Source: Myxococcota bacterium (lineage in GTDB: Bacteria; Myxococcota_A; UBA9042; PHBI01; JAWLBL01). Taken from it: a stretch of 64,000 bases of DNA. A program made the translations under genes and the position numbers. The notes below the pieces were generated by a model, which was not told the origin of the DNA, made no database searches, and saw only the letters and a program-made list of their open reading frames with translations. The stretch lies in contig JAWLBL010000011.1 in assembly GCA_041687695.1 (NCBI GenBank), forward strand, positions 32,001-96,000. The letters run 5' to 3'. Positions 1 to 9,547 of the stretch are shown piece after piece (position 1 is the first letter of the stretch; the number at the start of each line of letters is the position of its first letter).

Positions 1-464
1 TAGTTGAGGATCTCGAAGGTCTCGGCGACGGCGCCGAGGCCGCCGTAGTGGTCCTCGTGCGCGTGGGTGACGATGACCGTGTCGATCGACTCGCCGGGGG
101 CGAGGCCGTGCGAGAGCAAGTAGTCGACGACGACCTCGCCGCCGGGCGAGGTGCCCGGGATCGTGCCCGAGGGGCCGGCGTCGATGAGGATGTCGAGGCT
201 CTCGACCTCCTCGTTATTGACCCAGGGGGTCTGGATCCAGACGGCGTCCCCCTGGCCGACGTCGATGAGCGTGATCTTCAGGGTCTCGGGGGCGAGGCCT
301 TCGATCTCGTCGATGGTGCACAAGGGGCCGTCGGTGCGCCCGTTGCCCAGCTGCTGCGACAGGTCGGGCAGCGTCGTGTCCACGCAGCCGCCCAGCAAAG
401 GGGCGAGGGCCAGGGCGAGGGCCCAGGCGACGGAGAGCTCGAGGCGGGCGGATCGGGCGCGCAT
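1..464 (-). CDS. ComEC/Rec2-type metallo-beta-lactamase-fold hydrolase, probable lipoprotein (3' end runs off the window)
   Basis: Manual translation from ATG 464: MRARSARLELSVAWALALALAPLLGGC (lipobox) ... LIDVGQGDAVWI ... ILIDAG ... VIVTHAHEDHYGG (HxHxDH). Not in the ORF track because it is truncated. Confidence 0.85.
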   Translation of the reverse strand, partial: MRARSARLELSVAWALALALAPLLGGCVDTTLPDLSQQLGNGRTDGPLCTIDEIEGLAPETLKITLIDVGQGDAVWIQTPWVNNEEVESLDILIDAGPSGTIPGTSPGGEVVVDYLLSHGLAPGESIDTVIVTHAHEDHYGGLGAVAETFEILN

Positions 465-574
465 GGGCGCTGTGTAGCACACCGGGAGCCGTCGAGTCTG
501 CCCCGGCGCGGGCGGCGGGCGCCGCCGGCTGAAATAGTGGACAGGAGGTGGCCGTTACGGCACCCGTCTTGGCT

Positions 575-604
575 TTGACAAAGCCTGCCGCGGTCCGCTA
601 CCAA
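575..604 (+). promoter_or_regulatory. Possible sigma70 promoter for the lipoprotein/TPR-peptidase pair
   Basis: TTGACA (575-580), 18-bp spacer, TACCAA (599-604), ~45 bp upstream of GTG 647. Confidence 0.4.
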
Positions 605-646
605 GCCTGCCCAAGCCGCCCTCGCCCCTCCCCGGAGCACACCGCC

Positions 647-1138
647 GTGAAGCGACTCGCCCGCGCCCTCGTCGTCGCCGCCCTCCTCACCCCGCTCGGG
701 CTCGCCCCGGCCTGCACCCGGGACACCATCGCCGACACGACCATCCCGGCGACCGAGAACAACCGGGCCATCTACGACCTGGTGATGACGTACCGCCGCG
801 CGATCGAGACGCGCGATCTCGAGAGCCTGCTGCCGCTCATCAGCCGGAGGTACTACGAGAACGCCGGCACGACCGACCGTCAGACCGACGACTACGGCTA
901 CGAGCGGCTCGTGACCGAGGTCCTTCCGATGCTGAAGGATAACGTCAAGGCGGTTCAGTACCGTATCCTCATGCGCGACATCCAGGTGGACGGAGACCGC
1001 GCGTGGGCCGACTACGAGTACTTCTACAACTTCCAGTTCGTCGAGCAGGGCAACGAGGGCTTCGCCCAGAAGAACGACTTCAACCGCATGACCTTCGTCC
1101 GCGAGGACGACATGTGGCGGATCGCCGGCGGGCTCTGA
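647..1138 (+). CDS. Lipoprotein with NTF2/SnoaL-like domain
   Basis: GTG start after GGAG; VKRLARALVVAALLTPLGLAPAC lipobox; helix followed by beta strands ending FVREDDMWRIAGGL, typical of the NTF2-like fold. Confidence 0.65.
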   Translation: MKRLARALVVAALLTPLGLAPACTRDTIADTTIPATENNRAIYDLVMTYRRAIETRDLESLLPLISRRYYENAGTTDRQTDDYGYERLVTEVLPMLKDNVKAVQYRILMRDIQVDGDRAWADYEYFYNFQFVEQGNEGFAQKNDFNRMTFVREDDMWRIAGGL

Positions 1139-3726
1139 CCCGCGCCCTGCTGGCCGCCTGCGCGCTGGCCCTGGCCGTCGCCGCGGCGCCGGCGGCGGTG
1201 GCGGCGCCCAAGGGGCCGCTGAGCCAGGCGCGCGACGCGCTGCACCACTGGAAGCTCGGGCAGGCCGAGCAGCTGCTGTCGAAGGCGGGCGCCCCGGCGG
1301 TCGAGGTCGAGCGCCAGACGCTGCTGGCGCGGCTGGATCTGCAACGCAGCCGCTTCAAGGCGGTCGTCGAGCGGCTCACCCCGCTGGTCGCCAAGCACCC
1401 CGGCGCGTACGAGGCGCGGGTCGTGCTGGGGCGCGCCCTGAAGGCGACCGGCGACAAGGCGCGCGCGTTCGCGGTGCTGGACCCGATGGCCAACGACTAC
1501 AACGACGGGCGCATCGCGACGGCCGCCGACAAGATGTGGCTCGCCGTCGGCCTGCACCTGACCGGCTACCACAAGGACGCCTCGTCCACGTTCGCCGAGG
1601 CGCTCGCCGACGACGCCTCGCTGCACACGGCGCGCCTGAGGTGGGCCGACCTCTTCATCGACAAGTACAACTTCAAGGACTCGGACGCCCTGTTCAAGGA
1701 GGTCCTCGCGCGGCGGGCCAACGACCCCGAGGCGCGGCTGGGGCTGGCGCGCCTCGACGTCGAGAGCGACCGCGAGTACGCGAAGGCGGCCGAGACCGCC
1801 GAGGCCCTGGTGCGCGAGTCGCCGACCCATGTGCCGGCGCACAACCTGCTGGCCCGCATCGCCCTCGACAACGAGCGCCCCGAGGAGGCCATCGCGCGCC
1901 TGCAGGCGCACAGCCTCAAGGTCGCGCCCGACGACCCGGAGGCCATCGCGCTGCTGGGCGCCGCCCACTACATCGCCGACGACGAGGCCGCCTACCGGAA
2001 GACGGAGCGGCGGGCGCTCGCGGTCAACCCGAAGTTCGCGCGCTTCTACACGGTCGTCGCCGACCACGCGACGCGCATGCACCGCTACAAGGAGTCGCTG
2101 GCGCTGGCCGACAAGGCGCTGAGCCTGGACCGCGAGCACTGGCCGGCCTACGCGGCCCTGGGCATCGGCTACAGCCGCGTGGGCGACGACGCCAAGGCCA
2201 AGGAGTTCCTGGACAAGGCCTACGACGGCGACCCGTACGACGTGCGGACCTACAACCTGCTCGAGTTCTTCTACGACCGGGTCATCAAGCAGTTCGAGTG
2301 GATGGACGCCGGCAAGATGCGCGTGCGCGTCCACAAGCCCGAGCGCCCGGTCCTCGAGCGCTACGTCCCGGCGCTGCTGAAGGAGGCCTACGGGGCCCTG
2401 TCGAAGAAGTACGGCTTCGAGCCCGAGGCGCCGCTGCACATCGAGATCTTCCCGGACCCGCAGCTCTTCGCCGTGCGCTCCATCGGCCTGCCGAACCTGG
2501 GCGCCCACGGCATCTGCTTCGGCCACGTCATCACGAGCCGCTCGCCCTCGGACGGCAACTTCAACTGGGCCGAGGTCCTGTGGCACGAGCTGAGCCACGT
2601 GTTCCACATCCAGCTGTCCAACAGCCGCGTCCCGCGCTGGTTCACCGAGGGCATGGCCGTCTACGAGTCGACCGAGGGCCGCCCCGAGTGGCGCCGCGAG
2701 ATGGATCGCGAGCTGCTGACCTACTTCGACAAGCAGCGGCTGCGGGGCGTCGCCGAGTTCAACCTGTCGTTCACGCAGGCGCGCAGCTTCGACGACATCC
2801 TGGTCGCCTACTACCACGCCTTCGTGATGGCCGAGTTCATCGCGCAGGAGTTCGGCTTCCCCAAGATGCGGGGGATGCTGGTCGCCTGGGGCCAGCGCAA
2901 GGCCACGCCGCAGGTGTTCCGCGAGGTGCTGGGCGTCAAGGACCTCGCCGACTTCGACCGGCGCTTCTTCGCCTGGCTCGACCAGCGCCTGTCGCCGCTG
3001 CGCAAGAGCTACCACCTGGACGTCGAGCAGTACGCGAGCGACCCGGCGAAGTACCTGCAGCAGGCGCTGAAGGAGCCCACGAACGCGGCGGCGCAGGCCG
3101 CGGCCGCCGTGGCGTCGCTGGCGACCGGCGACATCCCGGGGGCGACGCGCTACGCCGAGGCGGCCCTGGCCATCGAGCCGGCGCGCCCGGACGCGCTGAT
3201 GCTGCGGGCCATCGTGCGGCTGCGGACCGCGCGGCGCGACGACGCCAAGCGGGACCTCGAGCGGCTGGTCGAGCTGGGCCACGACGGGGCCGACGTGCGC
3301 AAGTACCTTGCCGAGCTGGCGCGCGAGGCGGGCGACGTCGCGGGCACGGTGCCGCACCTCGAAAAGGCCGTGCAGTTCCACCCGCAGGACGCCTCGCTGC
3401 ACTACGAGCTCATCCGCGCCCTCGACCAGACGCAGCGCCCGGCCGACGCCTTCGTCTGGCGCAAGCGCGTCCTGGCGCTCGACCAGATGAACGCCCAGCT
3501 GGTCGCCGAGCTGCTGGCCGGCGCCGAGGCGCACGGCGCGACGCGCGAGGAGATCCTCAGGTGGGGCGAGCTGGGCAACCACATCGCGCCCTTTTCGGTC
3601 GAGCACCACGTCGCCTACGCCAAGGCCCTCGCGCGGCTGGGCCTGACCGAGCAGGCGCGCTTCGAGGCCAGCTCGGCCCTGCTCATCGACCCGACCCACG
3701 CCGAGGCCAAGGCCCTGGCCAAGTAG
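1114..3726 (+). CDS. Exported TPR-repeat protein with central peptidase MA-like (gluzincin) domain
   Basis: Signal-like N-terminus, many TPR-like helices, VLWHELSHVF (HExxH) followed by VPRWFTEGMAVY. GTG 1114 start inferred from a GAGG RBS. Confidence 0.8.
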   Translation: MADRRRALTRALLAACALALAVAAAPAAVAAPKGPLSQARDALHHWKLGQAEQLLSKAGAPAVEVERQTLLARLDLQRSRFKAVVERLTPLVAKHPGAYEARVVLGRALKATGDKARAFAVLDPMANDYNDGRIATAADKMWLAVGLHLTGYHKDASSTFAEALADDASLHTARLRWADLFIDKYNFKDSDALFKEVLARRANDPEARLGLARLDVESDREYAKAAETAEALVRESPTHVPAHNLLARIALDNERPEEAIARLQAHSLKVAPDDPEAIALLGAAHYIADDEAAYRKTERRALAVNPKFARFYTVVADHATRMHRYKESLALADKALSLDREHWPAYAALGIGYSRVGDDAKAKEFLDKAYDGDPYDVRTYNLLEFFYDRVIKQFEWMDAGKMRVRVHKPERPVLERYVPALLKEAYGALSKKYGFEPEAPLHIEIFPDPQLFAVRSIGLPNLGAHGICFGHVITSRSPSDGNFNWAEVLWHELSHVFHIQLSNSRVPRWFTEGMAVYESTEGRPEWRREMDRELLTYFDKQRLRGVAEFNLSFTQARSFDDILVAYYHAFVMAEFIAQEFGFPKMRGMLVAWGQRKATPQVFREVLGVKDLADFDRRFFAWLDQRLSPLRKSYHLDVEQYASDPAKYLQQALKEPTNAAAQAAAAVASLATGDIPGATRYAEAALAIEPARPDALMLRAIVRLRTARRDDAKRDLERLVELGHDGADVRKYLAELAREAGDVAGTVPHLEKAVQFHPQDASLHYELIRALDQTQRPADAFVWRKRVLALDQMNAQLVAELLAGAEAHGATREEILRWGELGNHIAPFSVEHHVAYAKALARLGLTEQARFEASSALLIDPTHAEAKALAK

Positions 3727-3773
3727 CGACGGCGCGGGGCGGGGGCTCGGAGCGGTCGAGCCCCCGCCGTCCG

Positions 3774-5555
3774 TCACTTCTCGAGCGGCGCGGCCTCGCT
3801 GTCGTCGAGCGGCCCCAGGACCGCCGGGGTCTCGCCGGCGAGGGGCGGCGTCTCGTAGACGCGCAGCTGCCCGCGCACGGTGACGACCGGCCCCATCGGC
3901 ACGGGCGGCAGCAGCGTGCGGTCGAGCCGCCGCATGCGGAGGTCGAGCGAGGCGACCAGCGTCACCTCGTCGGCCTGGGCGCGGGCCGGCGCGCGGCGCT
4001 CGAAGCGGTGCACCCGGACGTCGCCGCCCACGGCGGCGTAGTTGGCCTCGGCTCCCAGGCGCGCCAGATCGGCCTCGTCGCGGTTGTCGTCGAGGAAGAC
4101 CTTGGCCTGACCGCGGGCAGGCAGGAAGCCGTCGGGTGAGCTGGGGTCGGCGACGACGTCGAGCGAGGCGCCGCCGCGGAGATCCGCCAGGGGCAGGTCG
4201 ACCTGGAAGATGAAGGGTGGGCTGCGGTCGCGGTCGGCGAGATCGTAGGTGACGGGGCCGGCGAGCTGCAGCGACCAGTGGTCGGCGCTGCGGACCGAGC
4301 CGACGATCTCGAAGCAGGCGCCGTCGAGCGGCAGGTCGCCGCCGCCGGTGACCGACACGCGCGCGAAGCGGCTGGGGACGCCCTCGGCGTCGAGCCAGCC
4401 GCAGTCCCCCAGGGCCCAGGCGTCCTGGGCGGGGGCGGCCGGTGGGACGGGCGGGGCCGCGGCGGGCGGGGTCGTGGGCAGCACCGGGATGCCCGGCCAG
4501 ACGGTCGGGACCTCGTCGCGGGCCGCCGCGGGGCGGGGGGCGTACAGGGAGCCGCCGGCGGTCAGGGGGCCGGCCGGCGTGCCGTGCGGGAACAGGGGCC
4601 CGGCCGCGGTGAGCGGGCCCGGCGGGACCTGGACGCCCTCCTCGGGGCTCTCGAAGGGGATCGCGGCGGCGTTGGGGTCGAGCATCCAGGGCGCCAGGCC
4701 GGCGGCCCACTGGGCGGCGGCGGCCGGGGCGAAGGGCTGCGCGACCGTGCCGGCGCCGAAGGCCTGGGTGACGACGCCCGGGCCGAACGGCTGGGCGAGC
4801 GGCGGCCGCGCGACGTAGTCGCCCTGGGTGATGAGCCCGGCGCCGCGGCGCACGGCCTCGGACTGCGGGTCGGGGACGGCGCCGATGGGCGGGGGGGCGG
4901 CGCCGTAGCGGGCGGTCGTGCCGGCGGTGGCGCCCGGCAGGGTGGTGGCGGGGGCGCTGGGGGCGGTGCGGAGGGCGCCGCCCGAGGTGACGGCCGCCTC
5001 GTAGACCGGCTGCGTGGCGGCGCCGGAGCCGGCGGGCTGCACGAAGACCTGGACGACGGTGACGGGCGCGCCGGGCGCCGCGGCGGCAGCGGTCGCGGCG
5101 GCGACGCCTGGGCCTGGAGTGCCGGCCTGGACGGCCTCGGGAGACGGCGTGGGCAGCGCGGGGGCGGCGGGCGCGGCGAGGGCCGGGGGGACGGGCGGCG
5201 GGGTGACGACCTCGATGGTCGGCAGCTGGCGCGGGGCCGCGGCGGCGGGAGCCGGGTCGGCCTGCGGGGAGAGCGCGGCGGGCGTGCCGGGCGACCCGAA
5301 GGGCTCGAGCGTGGACAGCTCGCCGGGCGGCTCGTCGGCCGGGGCGAGGTCGACGGCCGGCGTGTCGGTCGCGCGCTCGGCGAGCGGGTCGGGCGCGCCC
5401 TCGGCCAGCTGAATGCCGGGGGGCGTGGCCGAAGCGGGGCTCGGGGGCTCGGGGCTCGCGGGCGGCGCGGCGTCGGCCGGCTCGCGCTGCTGCATCAGGG
5501 CGAGGCCGGTGGCGAACGTCGCCCCGGCCGCGAGGGCGACGAGGAGGCGCTTCAT
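3774..5555 (-). CDS. Hypothetical exported Pro/Ala-rich protein with globular C-terminal domain
   Basis: GAGG RBS, MKRLLVALAAGATFATGLAL signal/TM segment, long PA-rich linker, beta-rich C-terminus. Confidence 0.6.
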   Translation of the reverse strand: MKRLLVALAAGATFATGLALMQQREPADAAPPASPEPPSPASATPPGIQLAEGAPDPLAERATDTPAVDLAPADEPPGELSTLEPFGSPGTPAALSPQADPAPAAAAPRQLPTIEVVTPPPVPPALAAPAAPALPTPSPEAVQAGTPGPGVAAATAAAAAPGAPVTVVQVFVQPAGSGAATQPVYEAAVTSGGALRTAPSAPATTLPGATAGTTARYGAAPPPIGAVPDPQSEAVRRGAGLITQGDYVARPPLAQPFGPGVVTQAFGAGTVAQPFAPAAAAQWAAGLAPWMLDPNAAAIPFESPEEGVQVPPGPLTAAGPLFPHGTPAGPLTAGGSLYAPRPAAARDEVPTVWPGIPVLPTTPPAAAPPVPPAAPAQDAWALGDCGWLDAEGVPSRFARVSVTGGGDLPLDGACFEIVGSVRSADHWSLQLAGPVTYDLADRDRSPPFIFQVDLPLADLRGGASLDVVADPSSPDGFLPARGQAKVFLDDNRDEADLARLGAEANYAAVGGDVRVHRFERRAPARAQADEVTLVASLDLRMRRLDRTLLPPVPMGPVVTVRGQLRVYETPPLAGETPAVLGPLDDSEAAPLEK

Positions 5556-5793
5556 GTCGGGTTCCTCTCGGCGGCGGCGGCGCGGGGAGCGCCCGGGTCG
5601 ACCCTGACGTCGGGTGGGTCGGCGGGGGCTCCGCCCGCGCGGGGCGCACGGTCCGGGGCGGGGGAATAGGGGCGGGCGACAGGCCCGAGGCGGGCCCATC
5701 CGTGGGCTTCAACCCGGCTGCCCGGCGGAGGCTTCCCTTCGAAACGCGAACGGGGCCCCCGAGGGGACCCCGCCGCGGTGAGCCAGGCCGGGC

Positions 5794-6957
5794 CTACAGG
5801 CCGTGCAGCTTCGTCAGGATCTCGCGCATGATCTCGCTGGTGCCGCCGCCGATGGTGATGAGGCGCGTGTCGCGCCAGGCGCGGCTGATCTCGTACTCGG
5901 CCATGTAGCCCCAGCCGCCGTGCAGCTGCAGGCAGCGGTCGGCGACCCGGCAGGCCAGCTCGCCGCCGATGAGCTTGGCCATCGTGATCTCGCGCGTCGC
6001 GTTCTGCTTGCGGTTGACGAGATCGACCGCGCGGTAGCAGAGCTGGCGCGCCGCCTCGAGCTCGGCCTCGAGCTGCACGATGAGGTGGCGCACGGTCTGA
6101 AAGCCCGTCAGCGGGCGGTTGAAGGCCTTGCGGTCCTTGCAGTACTCGACCGTCATGTCGAGGATGCGCTGCGCGCCCGACACGGCCGACAGCGCGCCGA
6201 CGAGCCGCTCGCCCTGGAAGTTCTGCATGATGTAGTAGAACCCGGCGTTCTCGGCGCCCAGCAGGTTCTTGCGCGGGATGCGGCAGTCCTCGAAGAACAG
6301 CTCGGCCGTGTCCGAGCAGTGGTTGCCGATCTTCTCGAGCTTCTTGGCGACCTTGAAGCCCTTGGTGTCGGTCGGGAACAGGACCAGGCTGATGCCGCCG
6401 TAGCCTTCGGGGCCGGTGCGGACGGCGAGCGTGATGAAGTCGGCCCGGGTGCCGTTGGTGATGAAGGTCTTGGCGCCGTTGATGACGTAGTCGTCGCCAT
6501 CCTTGCGGGCGGTCGTGCGGATGTTGGCGACGTCCGAGCCGGCGTCGGGCTCGGAGACGCCGAGGGCGGCGATGGCCTGGCCGCGGACGGCCGGCGCCCA
6601 GAAGTTCTCCTTGTGGTAGTCGTTGCCGATCTCACCGATGACCGGCGTGGCCATGTCGCTCTGGACCAGCAGCGCCATGGTGAGCCCGGCCATGCCGCAG
6701 TGCACCATCTCCTCGGCGTAGGCGGCCGTGTACCACCAGTCGAGCCCCTGGCCGCCGAAGGCCTCCGGGACGCGGATGCCCAGCAGGCCCAGCTCGGCGG
6801 CCTGGTCGAAGACCTCGCGCGGGAACAGGCGCGCCGCCTCCCACGCCTCGGCGTTGGGCCGGAGCTCGCTCAGGCACCAGTCGCGGACGGTCTTGCGGAG
6901 CAGCTTGTGCTCTTCGCCAAACTGCGGGTAGCTGCGGCTGCGGACGGCCTCGGACAT
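5794..6957 (-). CDS. Acyl-CoA dehydrogenase
   Basis: ALGVSEPDAGSD, YVINGAKTFITNG, GNHCSDTAELFFED, QLHGGWGYMAEY, TIGGGTSEIM motifs. Confidence 0.95.
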   Translation of the reverse strand: MSEAVRSRSYPQFGEEHKLLRKTVRDWCLSELRPNAEAWEAARLFPREVFDQAAELGLLGIRVPEAFGGQGLDWWYTAAYAEEMVHCGMAGLTMALLVQSDMATPVIGEIGNDYHKENFWAPAVRGQAIAALGVSEPDAGSDVANIRTTARKDGDDYVINGAKTFITNGTRADFITLAVRTGPEGYGGISLVLFPTDTKGFKVAKKLEKIGNHCSDTAELFFEDCRIPRKNLLGAENAGFYYIMQNFQGERLVGALSAVSGAQRILDMTVEYCKDRKAFNRPLTGFQTVRHLIVQLEAELEAARQLCYRAVDLVNRKQNATREITMAKLIGGELACRVADRCLQLHGGWGYMAEYEISRAWRDTRLITIGGGTSEIMREILTKLHGL

Positions 6958-7459
6958 GGGGACCTCTTCGGGCAGGGGGGAAGCGTCGGACGCGGAGCAT
7001 AGCCAACGTCCGAGCCGCCCCGCAACGCCAGGCCCCGGTGGGTTCGTCCCAAGCGCGATCCGGCGATCGCCGTCGCCGCCCTGTCGGGGCCGGCGGCGCG
7101 AGCCCCGGATTCATCGGCGCGACACCAAGGAGGCATGCGGTCGACCGGCGCCTGGGCCGACCTTGTGCACAGGTTTTCCACAGCCTGTCCGGCCAAGGTT
7201 CGATCGCGGCCCCGCCGCGCGGGGTGCGGGGGAGGCGAGGGTCGAAAGGCCGTTTCGGCGAGCCGTCGCGCGGCCCATGTGGAAAACCTGGGACGCTGGC
7301 CTCGGCCGGGGGTGCGCCTTGTAGACGACCGCGCGCTCGGGGTCAAGGGCTCCTGACGGGTCTCGTCACGCTTCTGTCAAATTTGTCGCGACGAGATTAC
7401 GCAAGGGGGCGAAACGACAGGAGGAGCGCCAAGGCGGCGGGCGGCGGGCCGGCGCGAGG

Positions 7460-8236
7460 TCAGACCGGGAGCCCGAACAGGCGCGCGGTGTTGGCCGTCG
7501 TGGCCGCCGCGACCTCGGCGGAGGTGACCCCGCGCAGGGCGGCGATGCGGTCGACGACGTGCACCACGAAGGCCGGCTCGTTGCGGCGCCCGCGGAAGGG
7601 GATGGGGGCGAGATAGGGGCTGTCGGTCTCGACCATCAGCCGATCGATCGGCGCCTCCCGCACGACCTCGGGCAGCTCGCCGGCGTTCTTGAAGGTCACG
7701 ATGCCCGTGATGCCCAGGTGGAAGCCCAGCTCGAGCCACTGGCGCGCCTCGGCCGCGGTCCCGGTGAAGCAGTGGACGACGCCGCCGACCGCGTCCGCGC
7801 CCTCTTCGCGGGCGATGGCCAGCGCCTCGGCGTGGGCGTCGCGGATGTGCAGGACCAGGGGCTTTCCGACCGCGCGCGCCAGGCGGATGAACCGGCGGAA
7901 CGCCTCGCGCTGCGCGTCGGGCGTGCTGTGATCGTAGTAGTAGTCGAGGCCCGTCTCGCCGATGGCCACGACGCGATCCTGGCGCCCCCAGGCCTCGATG
8001 GCCGCGTAGACCGCCTCGTCGCAGTGGCGGGCGTCGTGCGGGTGGATGCCCACGGTGGCCCAGACGTCCGGCTCGGCGTCGGCCATCGCCAGGGCCGAGC
8101 GGCAGTTGTCGAGGTCGGACCCGCTGCCGATGACGACCATGCGCGCGACGCCGGCCGCCCGGGCGCGCTCGAGCACCTGGGCGCGATCGTCGTCGAAGCG
8201 GCTGGTGTCGATGTGGCAGTGGCTGTCGATGATCAA
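7460..8236 (-). CDS. tatD: TatD family DNase/hydrolase
   Basis: IIDSHCHID, VGIHPH, AIGETGLDYY, LHIRDA, GVVHCFTG, VETDSPYLAP, RGRRNEP; TTG start overlaps the holB stop (TTGA). Confidence 0.95.
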   Translation of the reverse strand: MIIDSHCHIDTSRFDDDRAQVLERARAAGVARMVVIGSGSDLDNCRSALAMADAEPDVWATVGIHPHDARHCDEAVYAAIEAWGRQDRVVAIGETGLDYYYDHSTPDAQREAFRRFIRLARAVGKPLVLHIRDAHAEALAIAREEGADAVGGVVHCFTGTAAEARQWLELGFHLGITGIVTFKNAGELPEVVREAPIDRLMVETDSPYLAPIPFRGRRNEPAFVVHVVDRIAALRGVTSAEVAAATTANTARLFGLPV

Positions 8237-9297
8237 AGGGGGGCTCCCGGGGCGGTGCCCTCCTCGCCGGGCGGCGCGGTCAGCGCGACGAGGAGCCGCT
8301 CGAAGGCGAGGCGCGGGTTGAGGTTGCGGACCAGCAGGCCGCGCTCGGTCTGTGCGATGAGTTCGAGGCGGTGGAGGACGGCGCTGGTGCCCTGGCGGTG
8401 GGCGAGCGCCTCGGTGACGTCCTGGAGGTGGGGCAGGGCGAGGCCGACGCGCGCGGCGCCGCCGGTCCGAAGGAGCAGCACGTCGCGGTACAGGCGCCGC
8501 AGGATGTCGAGGATGGTCCCGTAGGAGCCCTTTTGATCGGCCAGCTCGCTCGCGAGGGCGAAGGCGTCGAGCACGTCGCCGGGCGGGATGGCGGCGAAGC
8601 GACGGACCAGCGCGTCGCGGCCGGCCATGACGGGATCGTCGCGCAGGGCGAGCGCTGCGCCCAGGCTGCCGTCGCCCAGGGCGGCCAGGGCCGCGGCCTC
8701 GTCGGCGGCGACGCCGTGGCGCTCGGCGAGCGCGCGCGCGATGCCGTCGACGGGGAGCCGGCCGAACAGCATGCGCTGGCAGCGCGAGCGGATGGTCGTC
8801 AGCAGGGCGTCGGGCCGGCTCGTGACCAGCACGAAGCGGGTGCGGCTCGACGGCTCCTCGAGCGTCTTGAGCAGCGCGTTGGCGGCCGCCTCGTTCATCG
8901 CGTCGGCCGGGTCGACGACGACGACGCGGTAGGCGGCCTCGAGCGGCGGGAAGGGCACGAGGCGAATGATCTCGCGGACCTGCTCGATCTTGATCTGGCG
9001 GCTGCCCTGCAGCGTCAGCGTCAGCACGTCGGGGTGCGACTCGGGCACGCGCAGGATGCGGTCGCAGTGTCGGCACGCGCCGCAGGCGTCCACGCGGCGG
9101 CCCTGGGCGTCGGTCGGGGCCTCGCCGGTGCAGTTGACCAGGGCGGCGAAGGCGCGGGCCACGCCGCGCTTTCCCACGCCGTCGGGGCCGGCGAACAGGT
9201 AGGCGTGGTGGACGGTGCCGGACGCGTGGGCCTGCACGAGCGCGTCGACGACGCGCGCGTGGCCCATGAGCTCGCTCAGCCGGGGGTGACGCTCCAC
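8233..9297 (-). CDS. holB: DNA polymerase III delta-prime subunit
   Basis: HAYLFAGPDGVGK, Zn finger CGACRHC, HPDV, IKIEQVRE, AANALLKTLEEP, TIRSRCQ. Start uncertain (9297 or 9267). Confidence 0.93.
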   Translation of the reverse strand: MERHPRLSELMGHARVVDALVQAHASGTVHHAYLFAGPDGVGKRGVARAFAALVNCTGEAPTDAQGRRVDACGACRHCDRILRVPESHPDVLTLTLQGSRQIKIEQVREIIRLVPFPPLEAAYRVVVVDPADAMNEAAANALLKTLEEPSSRTRFVLVTSRPDALLTTIRSRCQRMLFGRLPVDGIARALAERHGVAADEAAALAALGDGSLGAALALRDDPVMAGRDALVRRFAAIPPGDVLDAFALASELADQKGSYGTILDILRRLYRDVLLLRTGGAARVGLALPHLQDVTEALAHRQGTSAVLHRLELIAQTERGLLVRNLNPRLAFERLLVALTAPPGEEGTAPGAPL

Positions 9298-9547
9298 GCG
9301 GCGCACTGTAGCCCCGATGTTCCGCCAGGGTCCAGACGCGAGGACGCCCCCCCGACCTCCTCCGACCGGCTCAACCCACCTGTCGCTCACAGGTTCCCGC
9401 GCCGCTGGGTTAGGCTCGTCGCACGAGCTTCGAAGACATCCGCCGCCCTGCCCGCGGTGGCTTCCCGCCGGCTCGCCCCGCCTGTGCCACGCGTCTCGTC
9501 ACGCGCGTCTCCCCCGTACGCCTCCCGGTGCCCTCCGAGGAGCCCGC

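Noticed and set aside
1024..5712. 1562-aa minus-strand ORF and many other Arg/Pro/Gly-rich ORFs in the track
   Set aside because: Off-frame or antisense readings overlapping motif-supported genes in high-GC DNA.
6960..7460. oriC
   Set aside because: Only two or three DnaA-box matches, no clear AT-rich unwinding element, and no dnaA/dnaN/gidA context; kept only as a possible DnaA site.
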